DNA from: a virus
IMG/VR virus record: IMGVR_UViG_3300021197_001902
Span: 1-64,000 of that record
Direction: 5' to 3' (one strand)
DNA length: 64,000 nt
Below, piece after piece: positions 8,347 through 16,920 of the stretch; within the stretch, counting starts at the first letter, position 1, and each line of letters opens with the position of its first letter. Under the pieces are notes generated by a model. That model was given only the letters and a program-made list of their open reading frames with translations. It was not told the origin of the DNA and made no database searches. The position numbers and the translations under genes are program-made.

Positions 8347-11300
8347 TTACTGACTTACTCGCGCAAAACCGTCTTTCTTATCAATCGTAATCTCAACATC
8401 TACGATGTCTTTAAGCGAATCCACATGCGAAATAAGAATAACTGTCTTGAAGTACATCTTAATTAACTGCAAGATGCGGATAAAGCCTTCCATATTGTCA
8501 GCATCTAAGGCAGTTCCGGGTTCGTCAAGAATAAAGACATTTCCCTTGGGAAGCGACGACACTGATAGAAGTGCCAAACGGATTGCCATGGCTGCGACTG
8601 TCTTCTCGGCGCCTGAGCCCATCTCAATGGGTCGGGGCTCGTGCGATGGGTGTTTGAGAAGCACGTTAAGCTTACGGCCATCTTCTTGAAAGAATACATC
8701 AAAGTCGACAATATTGGCCAGCACCTTTGCTATCTCTCCATTAATAACCGGAAGACGCTTTTTGATGATGTCATATGCAATACCATTAGTGTGCGTACAA
8801 CGCATAAACAAATCATATGCTGCATACTCCTCTCGGATCTCGGCCATCTCTTCCATTTTTTGTTGCAGACTGGAGACCTTCTGTTCCATCGACCCGAGTG
8901 TCCTATGATGGAGGCTAATTGCTAGCTCGATATCGTTGATTTCAGCCTCTGTTGTCTTAATATCAGCTTCCACCCTGCCGCGGGATTCAATCAGATTTTC
9001 AATGTTTTTGATTAAATCTTTCTTTTCTTCATACAAATCAATCTTCTCATTCGTCTCATTAAGGCTATTACGATAATTCTTAATCTTAGCGTACAGTCTT
9101 TCTATGGAAACTTTGTTATCTCTTTTTTCGATCTCGATATTATTCTTCTGAATTATTGTATTATTATACCGGTCAATAACTTCTATCATCTCAGATGAGT
9201 TTACTGATACTGTACGTGTCTTGTAGTCTTTCGCTTCTTGGATCTTCTCAACTATCTCAACTTCAAGCGCTGGTAAGTTTGCTGAGGCCGTATGGGCATC
9301 TTTTATAAATTGACACTGAGTATACTGATCTCCACAAGGGACTTCATCAAGCAACTGGAGCTTTTTTGACATTCCCTTATAATCGTTGTCCATGAGACGA
9401 GCTTTGTGAATTGTGTCCTCGTACTTCTGTCTGTTGTCATCATACTCTTTCTTTTGGGCTAGAAGATCTTCAATATCTATGGTGGTCAAGAAATCATCAT
9501 AATCCTTAAGCTTCACCTCATACGCATCGTTTTCCTGCTTAAGCTCTGATATGTTAGCTACAGTGTCCGAGACCTTTCTCTCTACAGATACTCGCGTCTC
9601 TAAGAGATTCTTAATGTCTAGTCGTTCAGCGGGTATTGATTCGATCTGGTTCGTAAGATCCATGCTCTGGTTTACTAGGCTGGTAAGCTTTTGTCGAAGA
9701 TCGTCATGCGTTTTCTTATCCACCTCTAGGTTTTTTGACGCCTCTTCAACCTCTACTTCTGCAACTGCGATATCAATTTTATAACTTACGTCTCCCGACC
9801 GTCTAATGACGGCCTTCAGGTCACGACTATCCTCATGAGCCAGTCTAAACTTTTTCTCAAAGATATCTAAATCTAGGAACTTAGCTAGGATTTCTTTTCG
9901 GCGAGTTGACCCTTCCTTAATGAAAGCTAAACTATCCAGCTGACTGGACATTGAAGTGAGTAAGAAGTCCTCCACCGTACCAAAACGCTTACGAATATGT
10001 GCATCAGTTTCGTTACGAGTTGTGCCATTAAGGCTTGTCTCTTCCTCCATCACCGGATCCAATCCAGTGAAATTCAAGAACGTGCGGGCCTCGTTGGTAA
10101 CCTCACCCTTGAGTTTCTTTGTATACTTTTCTGACGTACGTTCGATGGTATAGGTCTTATCGCCGACTTGCAACTCAACACGGCCCATACAATCCTTTTT
10201 ATTTTGATTGATAATATTATAATTCTTACGTTCGTTCTTAGATGTAGTGTTGAACATCGTGTACAATATACCATCAATAATACTGGATTTACCTGAGTAG
10301 TTCTTGCCAAAGATACCGACGATTCCGTTTAGACTGTTGAAATCTACGCTGTTGCCCTCTCCATAATTGAAGAGATTGTCCCACTCAAACTTGTTAATAT
10401 TCCAGTTGACATTGCGAGCCACTTCTTCAGTTTCCTCGATCTTGGAGTTATACTTGCGATTAAGATTATATACGCGTTCTAACATTTCTTCGGTAGGTTC
10501 GTAGTCCTTCAGGTACTCGCGGATCAGATTTTCCTGCACTCCCTTATCACGGAGATTCTCCACCTTGAATCCAGAACCAATCTCGACAGTACCTCGTTCG
10601 CCAGCTGCTCGATTAAGGAAAGAGATACTCTCAGGCTTAAACCGATGCTTTGCTACCTCAACGGCTTTACGCATAACGTCAAGGGGTAGATTGTTGTTAC
10701 TTACTAGACGCAAGCGTGCGCCCGGCGGCATCTTAGTGCCCTTTGGCATCCGGCCCTTCGGCGTAAGTTCAATAGTCATGAACGGCTTGGGGTTCAGAAG
10801 AACATGGTGTTTAACTGTGAAACTATTCTTATCTTCGATGTCCCAAATCAAGAACCCCTTGTCGTTGGTCTCTCCGTGGTTCTGTTGGACCGTGGAGCCA
10901 CAATAGCGTACGCGGCCTTCTGTGTCCAGAATCTGGTTTGTCTTATGGATGTCTCCGAGCATTGCAAAGTCGTGACCAGCGAAGACACCAATGTTATGGT
11001 CGCCATGATCCATCACCCAACCAACGTCTGTAGACACGCCACCGATTGCGCCATGATACAGAGCAACATTAATGCGCGAGTTGTCACTAGGCGCAACCCA
11101 GTTGTCCTCGTCAAACACGGATAGCACGTTGAGCGCGAGATCGGGCTCTAGGACGGTTTCACCTGCGTTCTTGAGTAGATGTAGGTCTGGTAGGTCCAGA
11201 GCCTTCACAATGGGCGACAGCGCGTCCTGACGGGTACTGTTCTTTAGGTTGCCGTCGTGGTTGCCCAAGATGATGTAGGTTGGTGCGATTTTCGCTAGAT

Positions 11301-11499
11301 TTGCAAAGAAGTCGGAGCAAAGCTCAACGAACTCTGGTGAAATCTGTGTCTTGGTATGGGCGATGTCGCCGCAGTGGACAATGTAGTCCACTTTCTCTTT
11401 ACGAAGGATATCGTAAAGTTGTTCGAATACCTTCTTGTACTCGTAATGAAATTTTAAGTTTTTTATATGCGTGTCCGCAAGGTGTGCGATTCTATACAC
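8347..11499 (-). CDS. Fused Mre11/SbcD nuclease and Rad50/SbcC ATPase (T4 gp47-gp46-like)
   Basis: Phosphoesterase motifs ADTH, GDIAH, GNHD, LYHG and GDIH, then Walker A GKNYSGKSS, a long coiled coil, Walker B ILDEP and H-loop ISH, all in one 1050-aa frame. Confidence 0.93.
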   Translation of the reverse strand: MYRIAHLADTHIKNLKFHYEYKKVFEQLYDILRKEKVDYIVHCGDIAHTKTQISPEFVELCSDFFANLAKIAPTYIILGNHDGNLKNSTRQDALSPIVKALDLPDLHLLKNAGETVLEPDLALNVLSVFDEDNWVAPSDNSRINVALYHGAIGGVSTDVGWVMDHGDHNIGVFAGHDFAMLGDIHKTNQILDTEGRVRYCGSTVQQNHGETNDKGFLIWDIEDKNSFTVKHHVLLNPKPFMTIELTPKGRMPKGTKMPPGARLRLVSNNNLPLDVMRKAVEVAKHRFKPESISFLNRAAGERGTVEIGSGFKVENLRDKGVQENLIREYLKDYEPTEEMLERVYNLNRKYNSKIEETEEVARNVNWNINKFEWDNLFNYGEGNSVDFNSLNGIVGIFGKNYSGKSSIIDGILYTMFNTTSKNERKNYNIINQNKKDCMGRVELQVGDKTYTIERTSEKYTKKLKGEVTNEARTFLNFTGLDPVMEEETSLNGTTRNETDAHIRKRFGTVEDFLLTSMSSQLDSLAFIKEGSTRRKEILAKFLDLDIFEKKFRLAHEDSRDLKAVIRRSGDVSYKIDIAVAEVEVEEASKNLEVDKKTHDDLRQKLTSLVNQSMDLTNQIESIPAERLDIKNLLETRVSVERKVSDTVANISELKQENDAYEVKLKDYDDFLTTIDIEDLLAQKKEYDDNRQKYEDTIHKARLMDNDYKGMSKKLQLLDEVPCGDQYTQCQFIKDAHTASANLPALEVEIVEKIQEAKDYKTRTVSVNSSEMIEVIDRYNNTIIQKNNIEIEKRDNKVSIERLYAKIKNYRNSLNETNEKIDLYEEKKDLIKNIENLIESRGRVEADIKTTEAEINDIELAISLHHRTLGSMEQKVSSLQQKMEEMAEIREEYAAYDLFMRCTHTNGIAYDIIKKRLPVINGEIAKVLANIVDFDVFFQEDGRKLNVLLKHPSHEPRPIEMGSGAEKTVAAMAIRLALLSVSSLPKGNVFILDEPGTALDADNMEGFIRILQLIKMYFKTVILISHVDSLKDIVDVEITIDKKDGFARVSQ

Positions 11500-11525
11500 G
11501 TAGTTATCCCCTAATCTATGTTACT

Positions 11526-11553
11526 AGTATACAGGATGTGTAGGTGGTGTCAA
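11526..11553 (-). promoter_or_regulatory. Sigma70-type promoter TTGACA-N16-TATACT
   Basis: -35 at 11553-11548 and -10 at 11531-11526 on the minus strand, followed by an AGGGG RBS and the GTG start at 11499. Confidence 0.8.
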
Positions 11554-11579
11554 GTGTTATTTTGACTTTTATTGCTCTC

Positions 11580-11897
11580 TCAATACCCGGGTTCGCCATA
11601 TATATCTCTAGGCTTAAACCCTAGTTTCTCGAAGGCATTCCATAAAGCCATAATTTCTGGATCCTCTAACGACTCGGGCTCCCAGTTGTCCAATGCAGCT
11701 ATGCGGTCCATAAGCGCCGACCTAGCTCCGGGCATGTCGGCTTTGGCAACCAACTCATATGCTTTCTCAATAACTTCACGGGTTTCGGGAGATAAGTCGG
11801 GCGATGTCTTGTGAATGCCGGAGTATGAAGCCTCTCCCATAATACTCGATATTTCTTCCTTGATGATCTGTCGTAGTTTTGCTTTTGAAATCTTCAT
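11580..11897 (-). CDS. Small protein with MKISKAKLRQIIKEE leader (putative capsid-internal protein)
   Basis: 105 aa with an AGGA RBS; leader is shared with the two neighbouring genes. Confidence 0.65.
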   Translation of the reverse strand: MKISKAKLRQIIKEEISSIMGEASYSGIHKTSPDLSPETREVIEKAYELVAKADMPGARSALMDRIAALDNWEPESLEDPEIMALWNAFEKLGFKPRDIYGEPGY

Positions 11898-11924
11898 GTT
11901 TTTGGTTATCCTATAATATTTTTA

Positions 11925-12320
11925 TTATTTAGAGAGCACTGGCTTCGGGTTATCAACGGGGCTACCGTCGTACACATTGACGCGGCCGGCAGTTTCAACT
12001 GCAGCCAATGCTTCTTCTGGAGTCTTAGCATCAGCTTTTGAAACCTTATCAACGCCCATATCACTGCCCACATACCAATGTCCGGTGCGGAGCGTCTCTC
12101 GGGATCCGATCTCTTGCTCTTCGCCAGGAAGAGGCGGTGTGATGCGCTTAGACTGATCTGCGGGGGGTGTACGCTTACGAGTGCGCACGGTCTTATCTAA
12201 AGGAACATTGATCTTCGTGGTTTTCCGGCCGCGAGGGGCTATCACTGTTCCTGTGCCGAACTCATAGTCTCCTATGACCTCTTGAATGATTTCTAACAAT
12301 CTGGTTTTGGAGATCTTCAT
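11925..12320 (-). CDS. Small protein with MKISKTRLLEIIQE leader (putative capsid-internal protein)
   Basis: 131 aa; TAATG overlap with the upstream gene; basic Pro-rich body. Confidence 0.65.
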   Translation of the reverse strand: MKISKTRLLEIIQEVIGDYEFGTGTVIAPRGRKTTKINVPLDKTVRTRKRTPPADQSKRITPPLPGEEQEIGSRETLRTGHWYVGSDMGVDKVSKADAKTPEEALAAVETAGRVNVYDGSPVDNPKPVLSK

Positions 12321-13123
12321 TATCGACTGCTGCCGTACGGACTTTTGCTGGGATCACCGCCGACTCGTCGGAGCTTGTCCACAACCTTATGGCGTTCCGT
12401 ACCATAATCATGTTCTCTATCTATTACTGCATGCGCATTGCCGTCACCGGGGTAGCTCCTCTTAAGAGCTTCCTTGTCCCAAGGGGCTGCTTCCTCCAGT
12501 CCGGATTCCTTATACATCTGGTTACCCAACAGGTCGTCCAGATAAGCTATGACTTCTTCGTCGTCGCCCAAACCGAGCTTCCTTGCTGCAGCGGCTCCGC
12601 CTTCTCCAACGCCAATGTTTGAAACGATCAAAAGTTTGTTTAGCAGGCGCTCCATCGGAGTGCCGCCTTCATGTCGTGGTTCGTCGGTTGCCATGGCTGC
12701 ATCGAAGTCAGCCTGCGAAAGTGCTGGCATCATCATATCTTCGCGTGAACCCTCTGCTGTGAGTTCTGCCTTAATAATCTCTTTTAGTCTTTGTTTGGTG
12801 ATTTTCATTTGGTTTGGGGATGTTCGTTTAACTAGTTTCTTTTGTCGCGCGAGATCGCTAGCTCGGCGTTTCAGTCCCTGGCGGCTTTTTACGACGCGCG
12901 CGCCGGCTGTACGATTGAAAGCGTTACTATAGGCCTTCTTATAGACGTCCGCGGCCGCGCCGTGGGGAGGAGTCGACGCTCTTCCGGCGGCGCCGTCTGC
13001 TTCGCCGGCGCGGTGCGCTTCTTCTTTATCTTCCTCATTCTGCCAGTCGGCATCAAAAGCTTCCTCAAATGTAGATAGCTCTTCCTTGATAATCTCTTTT
13101 AGTCTTTGTTTGGTGATTTTCAT
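12320..13123 (-). CDS. Protein with two MKITKQRLKEIIK leaders (N-terminal and internal at residue 106)
   Basis: 267 aa; the second leader begins at the in-frame ATG 12808. Confidence 0.7.
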   Translation of the reverse strand: MKITKQRLKEIIKEELSTFEEAFDADWQNEEDKEEAHRAGEADGAAGRASTPPHGAAADVYKKAYSNAFNRTAGARVVKSRQGLKRRASDLARQKKLVKRTSPNQMKITKQRLKEIIKAELTAEGSREDMMMPALSQADFDAAMATDEPRHEGGTPMERLLNKLLIVSNIGVGEGGAAAARKLGLGDDEEVIAYLDDLLGNQMYKESGLEEAAPWDKEALKRSYPGDGNAHAVIDREHDYGTERHKVVDKLRRVGGDPSKSPYGSSR

Positions 13124-13125
13124 TT
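12774..13125. repeat. 37-bp exact direct repeat (12774-12810 and 13089-13125) encoding the leader peptide
   Basis: ATAATCTCTTTTAGTCTTTGTTTGGTGATTTTCATTT is identical at both sites, 315 bp apart. Confidence 0.95.
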
Positions 13126-13135
13126 TGTATCCCTG

Positions 13136-14071
13136 TTACAGTGACATCGCAAGTGTCAACAATAAATAGTTGTCTGGAGTGATAAGGGTCGCACTTTCCA
13201 GACATTTCTGAAATTGCTGCTTATCCATCGAGCCAACATCTTCACTGTCACCGATATTAACCTTCCAGACCTCAATGTCAAAATCGAGTAATGTCTTTAT
13301 AATCTCAAGCTCTTTCGTCTTTGCGTCGGGGTCCAGTGCGATGTAAACGCCGGCATCTTCTTTGACTATGTTCTGAAGCAGGACAGAATTCTGATTTAGT
13401 GTAGACCCAAGGAGCGGAACCGAGTTTCGGCCTGCAACAATTGCATCGAATACACCTTCAACCAAAACAATGTCGGAACTCCAATCTACAAATAAATTAT
13501 TGAATACAATATTGCGGCTAGTTGGTGGGTTTTTATACTTTGGATATGCTTTGCCATCATATGCTCGGGACACAAAATAGGTTAAATCACCGTCCTCATC
13601 GAATGAGGGGACAATGACTCGGCCCTCGTACTCTCCGGTGGCGCAGTAGCCCATTTTCCACCATACAATGTCTTTCTTGTCGATTCCTCGCTTACGCAAA
13701 TAATTGCGGGCTGCGAAGCCTGTGGGCGGTATATCTTTATTGGCCAGGGATACAAACCCCTCTGGCATTTCGACTACTTGCTTCTCTTCTACTTTTTCAG
13801 CGAATAGATCTTCGAACTTGTCGAAGTCCACAGTATCCGTAAATTCTCGCCACTGTGCTTTATCATGACTGCTACCAAAGCGCCGAATAACACGATAGAT
13901 ATTTTTACCACGCGTGTCACATACCCAGCACTTGTAGTAGCCTTTATCCACATTGACAGAAAACTTACGCTTATGATGGTTGCAATAAGGGCACCTAAAT
14001 AGAAACTCATTATTGGATTTATATGCTGGTCCAAGGACGTTAGCTAATATTTTGAGTTTTTTGGTTTTCAC
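13136..14071 (-). CDS. DNA primase (Zn finger plus TOPRIM, gp61/DnaG-like)
   Basis: CPYC...CWVC zinc domain; YLRKRGI, KYKNP, VEGVFD and ALDPD motifs. Confidence 0.88.
   Translation of the reverse strand: MKTKKLKILANVLGPAYKSNNEFLFRCPYCNHHKRKFSVNVDKGYYKCWVCDTRGKNIYRVIRRFGSSHDKAQWREFTDTVDFDKFEDLFAEKVEEKQVVEMPEGFVSLANKDIPPTGFAARNYLRKRGIDKKDIVWWKMGYCATGEYEGRVIVPSFDEDGDLTYFVSRAYDGKAYPKYKNPPTSRNIVFNNLFVDWSSDIVLVEGVFDAIVAGRNSVPLLGSTLNQNSVLLQNIVKEDAGVYIALDPDAKTKELEIIKTLLDFDIEVWKVNIGDSEDVGSMDKQQFQKCLESATLITPDNYLLLTLAMSL
13163..13169 (-). promoter_or_regulatory. CTATTTA putative late-promoter motif
   Basis: About 40 nt upstream of the leader-protein gene start at 13123; the same motif precedes other virion genes. 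Confidence 0.4.
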
Positions 14072-14573
14072 GTGTCAGCCCTGCCTTTGCTACAACGTAA
14101 CTGTCTGCCCGGTCTGCATAGCCCGGGCGGGGATTACCTTGTCTAGTGTATTCTATAGCAAAGTCGGGTACCTTGTCAAGCATAAAGTTCATAACAACTT
14201 TTTTTGCCTTTTGGCCACGTGGAACCTTGATGTCGCAGAGCTTGCGAGCCTCTTGAGCCTTCAAATATTTCGGCTCCAAAGAAAATAAATTATAACATAT
14301 CCACGAAACAACGCCGTTGAATTTCTGCAATACTGCCATGGTAGCTGCGGACGAGCCGCCAGACTTAAAAAATACAAAGGGTTGCTCAATGTACACTGCT
14401 TCAATGTCAGGATATGCTGTTATATGAGTTAATGATTCCTGTACAAGTCGAGCCTTTCCGAAGAAGTTCTTCTCCTTGCGGAGATCAACGTGGCCACACT
14501 CAACTATCTTCCCTTTATGGTCCAATACGGTATAGCCAGTAATACTGGTTGAAACATCAATTCCTAAAATCAT
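14040..14573 (-). CDS. ruvC: RuvC-like Holliday junction resolvase
   Basis: MILGIDVSTSITGY, YIEQP and C-terminal DRADS give the RuvC catalytic D/E/D/D pattern. Confidence 0.85.
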   Translation of the reverse strand: MILGIDVSTSITGYTVLDHKGKIVECGHVDLRKEKNFFGKARLVQESLTHITAYPDIEAVYIEQPFVFFKSGGSSAATMAVLQKFNGVVSWICYNLFSLEPKYLKAQEARKLCDIKVPRGQKAKKVVMNFMLDKVPDFAIEYTRQGNPRPGYADRADSYVVAKAGLTRENQKTQNIS

Positions 14574-14585
14574 ATAAAGAGGATA

Positions 14586-15797
14586 TCAGATATCGAGCTT
14601 GATTTTAAACGTGAAATCTCGCTCAGTGGTCTTCTTGATCGGTGTTGCAACTTTAACAATGCCGATAAGATTCATGTCATCGTCGTAAACACCAACTTTC
14701 GAAATATACGTTGTTTTCTCAAAAGACCCTGTGGGGTCTGGGTACGAAGAGCTGACAATATTTTTAATTGAACGATTAGACAATTCAAGATAAGCTTGTG
14801 AACTGCTAGCAGCGTAGTTGTCTGTATTGTAAGTAACGTACGTTGGATTATTTGAGTGATTAAGTTCACCCTTTTGAGCAGTAGCAAACAGTGTGAGGGT
14901 CTGTGTCTCTGTTGTTCCGCTTATCTCCATAACGTATGCAGAATTCGGTGCTGTGACGGAGCCCGAGATCGACTGAGCATAATAAATCCATTTTGGGTTA
15001 TCATTGGCAGGCTTGTACGCGTCAACACTCGTATTTAGTGCTGTCGTACCTGTCAAGATAAGGAAACCCTCGTTATAAAGAGCGAGGCCAATTGGGCTTC
15101 CCAGGTCCTCGCCATATGTCGAATACAGTACACCGTCTTGGTTTTTGTCCTGTGCCCTTGCGATCAAGGTACCGGTATAATAATACTCAAGGTTTATTGA
15201 GCCCTTTTTAATCGCCGAGCCATAAAACACCGTTGGAATACTGAGAAGTCCAACCTGTGTCGAGTCAAAGTCTCTCTGTAGCATCGAAGAGGAGTACTCA
15301 AATTGTGGACTAATGTATCCATAGTGGTTGATCGTGTTTTTCAGGGCCCGAAGATGGGACACATAGCCGCCGTCCAGATCCGACACGACACCAACACGCG
15401 CAGTGGTTGTGTCATAAAATTCTTTGTCTATGCTAGATGTATACGGATATAGGGCGCCCGTGATAACAGTACCGTAGTCGGCTGCACTCCAATTAGCGGA
15501 CGTCTCGGTTCTGAAGTTTATTCGCGAACCATTCTTAATAGCAAAGGGATAGATGATTCCTAAATCATCGACTTGGCCTATATCTTTGCCAGTATCCGCC
15601 TGGACTCTATCAACATTGATTTCATATAGAGATATGTTTCCACCATCAGTTAGTCTGATCGGGTTAGCAAGAGCGCCAGAAATGTTTGGAGTGTTATTGT
15701 AGTATGCTGAGCCAGAGTAAACTACAAATTTAATACTTGGATAGGTTACTAAAGTATTGTTGTATACTTCATTCCGTTTAAACTTGTAGTAAGGCAT
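14586..15797 (-). CDS. Virion structural protein (baseplate/tail-collar-like C-terminal domain)
   Basis: C-terminus TYISKVGVYDDDMNLIGIVKVATPIKK..FTFKIKLD is paralogous to the next gene. Confidence 0.65.
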   Translation of the reverse strand: MPYYKFKRNEVYNNTLVTYPSIKFVVYSGSAYYNNTPNISGALANPIRLTDGGNISLYEINVDRVQADTGKDIGQVDDLGIIYPFAIKNGSRINFRTETSANWSAADYGTVITGALYPYTSSIDKEFYDTTTARVGVVSDLDGGYVSHLRALKNTINHYGYISPQFEYSSSMLQRDFDSTQVGLLSIPTVFYGSAIKKGSINLEYYYTGTLIARAQDKNQDGVLYSTYGEDLGSPIGLALYNEGFLILTGTTALNTSVDAYKPANDNPKWIYYAQSISGSVTAPNSAYVMEISGTTETQTLTLFATAQKGELNHSNNPTYVTYNTDNYAASSSQAYLELSNRSIKNIVSSSYPDPTGSFEKTTYISKVGVYDDDMNLIGIVKVATPIKKTTERDFTFKIKLDI

Positions 15798-15817
15798 AAC
15801 ATGACCGCATCTTCACT

Positions 15818-16900
15818 TTAGTAGTCTAGTCTCACACGAATTGTAAATTCAGCGCTTGGATCTTTTCTCAAAGGCTCCGACAATTTAGCAACCGCAAGCA
15901 ACTCATTATCAGGTGAATAGAGACCAACAGCTGTTACATAGGATACTGGAAGATCCCGTGAGTTTGTTTTAACCACCATCTTACTGCTCGAAAGATATGT
16001 TGGGTTTGCGGAGTAGTTGAAATCAGTGTTGTTCACGCGGCAGAAGTAAACTGTCGAGTTCAATTCTGTCGTGTTGTTAAACGAGATGTTTTCAATTCTG
16101 TGTCGAATACCGTCTGCGTTGAGGTTAATCGAAGAGCCAGTGAGAACTGCATCTGCAATCTCGGTGGCCCTGTTTACCTGTGCGTTAATTCCAAGTAGGC
16201 CCTGGAAGACTGAAGCCGTAACAACAGCAATGCCGGCCTGATAGTAAAGCAGACCTGCTGGAACATTACCATTTTCGTCAGGAGTAGCATCACCACCGTG
16301 GAGTAAGTTACCTGTAGCATACAGAATTCCATACTCGCCGGCGGGGGAATTTACCTTGTAGCCGCTAGAACCACTATAGTCTCTAAGAGTGATCGACCCG
16401 GTACCAGTACCGAATGGAGTAGTAAACGAGGCGCTAACACCCAGTGTGAGGTTAAAGGAGCCCTTTTTAATCTCATCCTTTGTCAGGAGGCGTGTAAAGT
16501 TAAAGAAGTAAGCTTCGTCGATCTTAGTACCACCCGTAAGATCTCCGTCTTCGTCAAAGCGGCGGATGGCGCCATTTTCGTTATAGCCGACAAGAACTTG
16601 GGCCATTTGATTATAAATGTTAATTTTCTTAGCTTGCTGGGCTGCAGCTGGGTATTCAGTGCCCGAAAGTCCAGACACTGCCGAGTAACCTACAGTTAGA
16701 TCAACAATGTGGTTAGCCGAAGAACTAAGGAAAGGATAGTCGTAGACCGACTGGAACATTCCGTGCGAAAACTCTTTGATGTTCTCGTTGGCGTATGTGC
16801 CCGAGACGATGGATCCCGTGATCGGAATTGCCTCATGCAAGAGGTTCCTTGTTACTACGGAGTCTCGTCCGCTTTCTAACGCTTTAAATGAAGTTGCCAT
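15818..16900 (-). CDS. Virion structural protein (baseplate/tail-collar-like C-terminal domain)
   Basis: C-terminus SYVTAVGLYSPDNELLAVAKLSEPLRK..FTIRVRLD. Shares IKKGS and N.S.NPTY with 14586-15797. Confidence 0.65.
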   Translation of the reverse strand: MATSFKALESGRDSVVTRNLLHEAIPITGSIVSGTYANENIKEFSHGMFQSVYDYPFLSSSANHIVDLTVGYSAVSGLSGTEYPAAAQQAKKINIYNQMAQVLVGYNENGAIRRFDEDGDLTGGTKIDEAYFFNFTRLLTKDEIKKGSFNLTLGVSASFTTPFGTGTGSITLRDYSGSSGYKVNSPAGEYGILYATGNLLHGGDATPDENGNVPAGLLYYQAGIAVVTASVFQGLLGINAQVNRATEIADAVLTGSSINLNADGIRHRIENISFNNTTELNSTVYFCRVNNTDFNYSANPTYLSSSKMVVKTNSRDLPVSYVTAVGLYSPDNELLAVAKLSEPLRKDPSAEFTIRVRLDY

Positions 16901-16920
16901 TATTATATCCTTTTACTTAA

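Noticed and set aside
5-11924. Shared 12-mer TAAAAATATTAT after two leader-bearing genes (5-16 and 11913-11924)
   Set aside because: It is pure A/T, has only two copies, and one is at the window edge; it cannot be distinguished from chance.
12774-13125. 37-bp repeat as a CRISPR repeat or att site
   Set aside because: There are only two copies, 315 bp apart, both in-frame coding, and no integrase is present.
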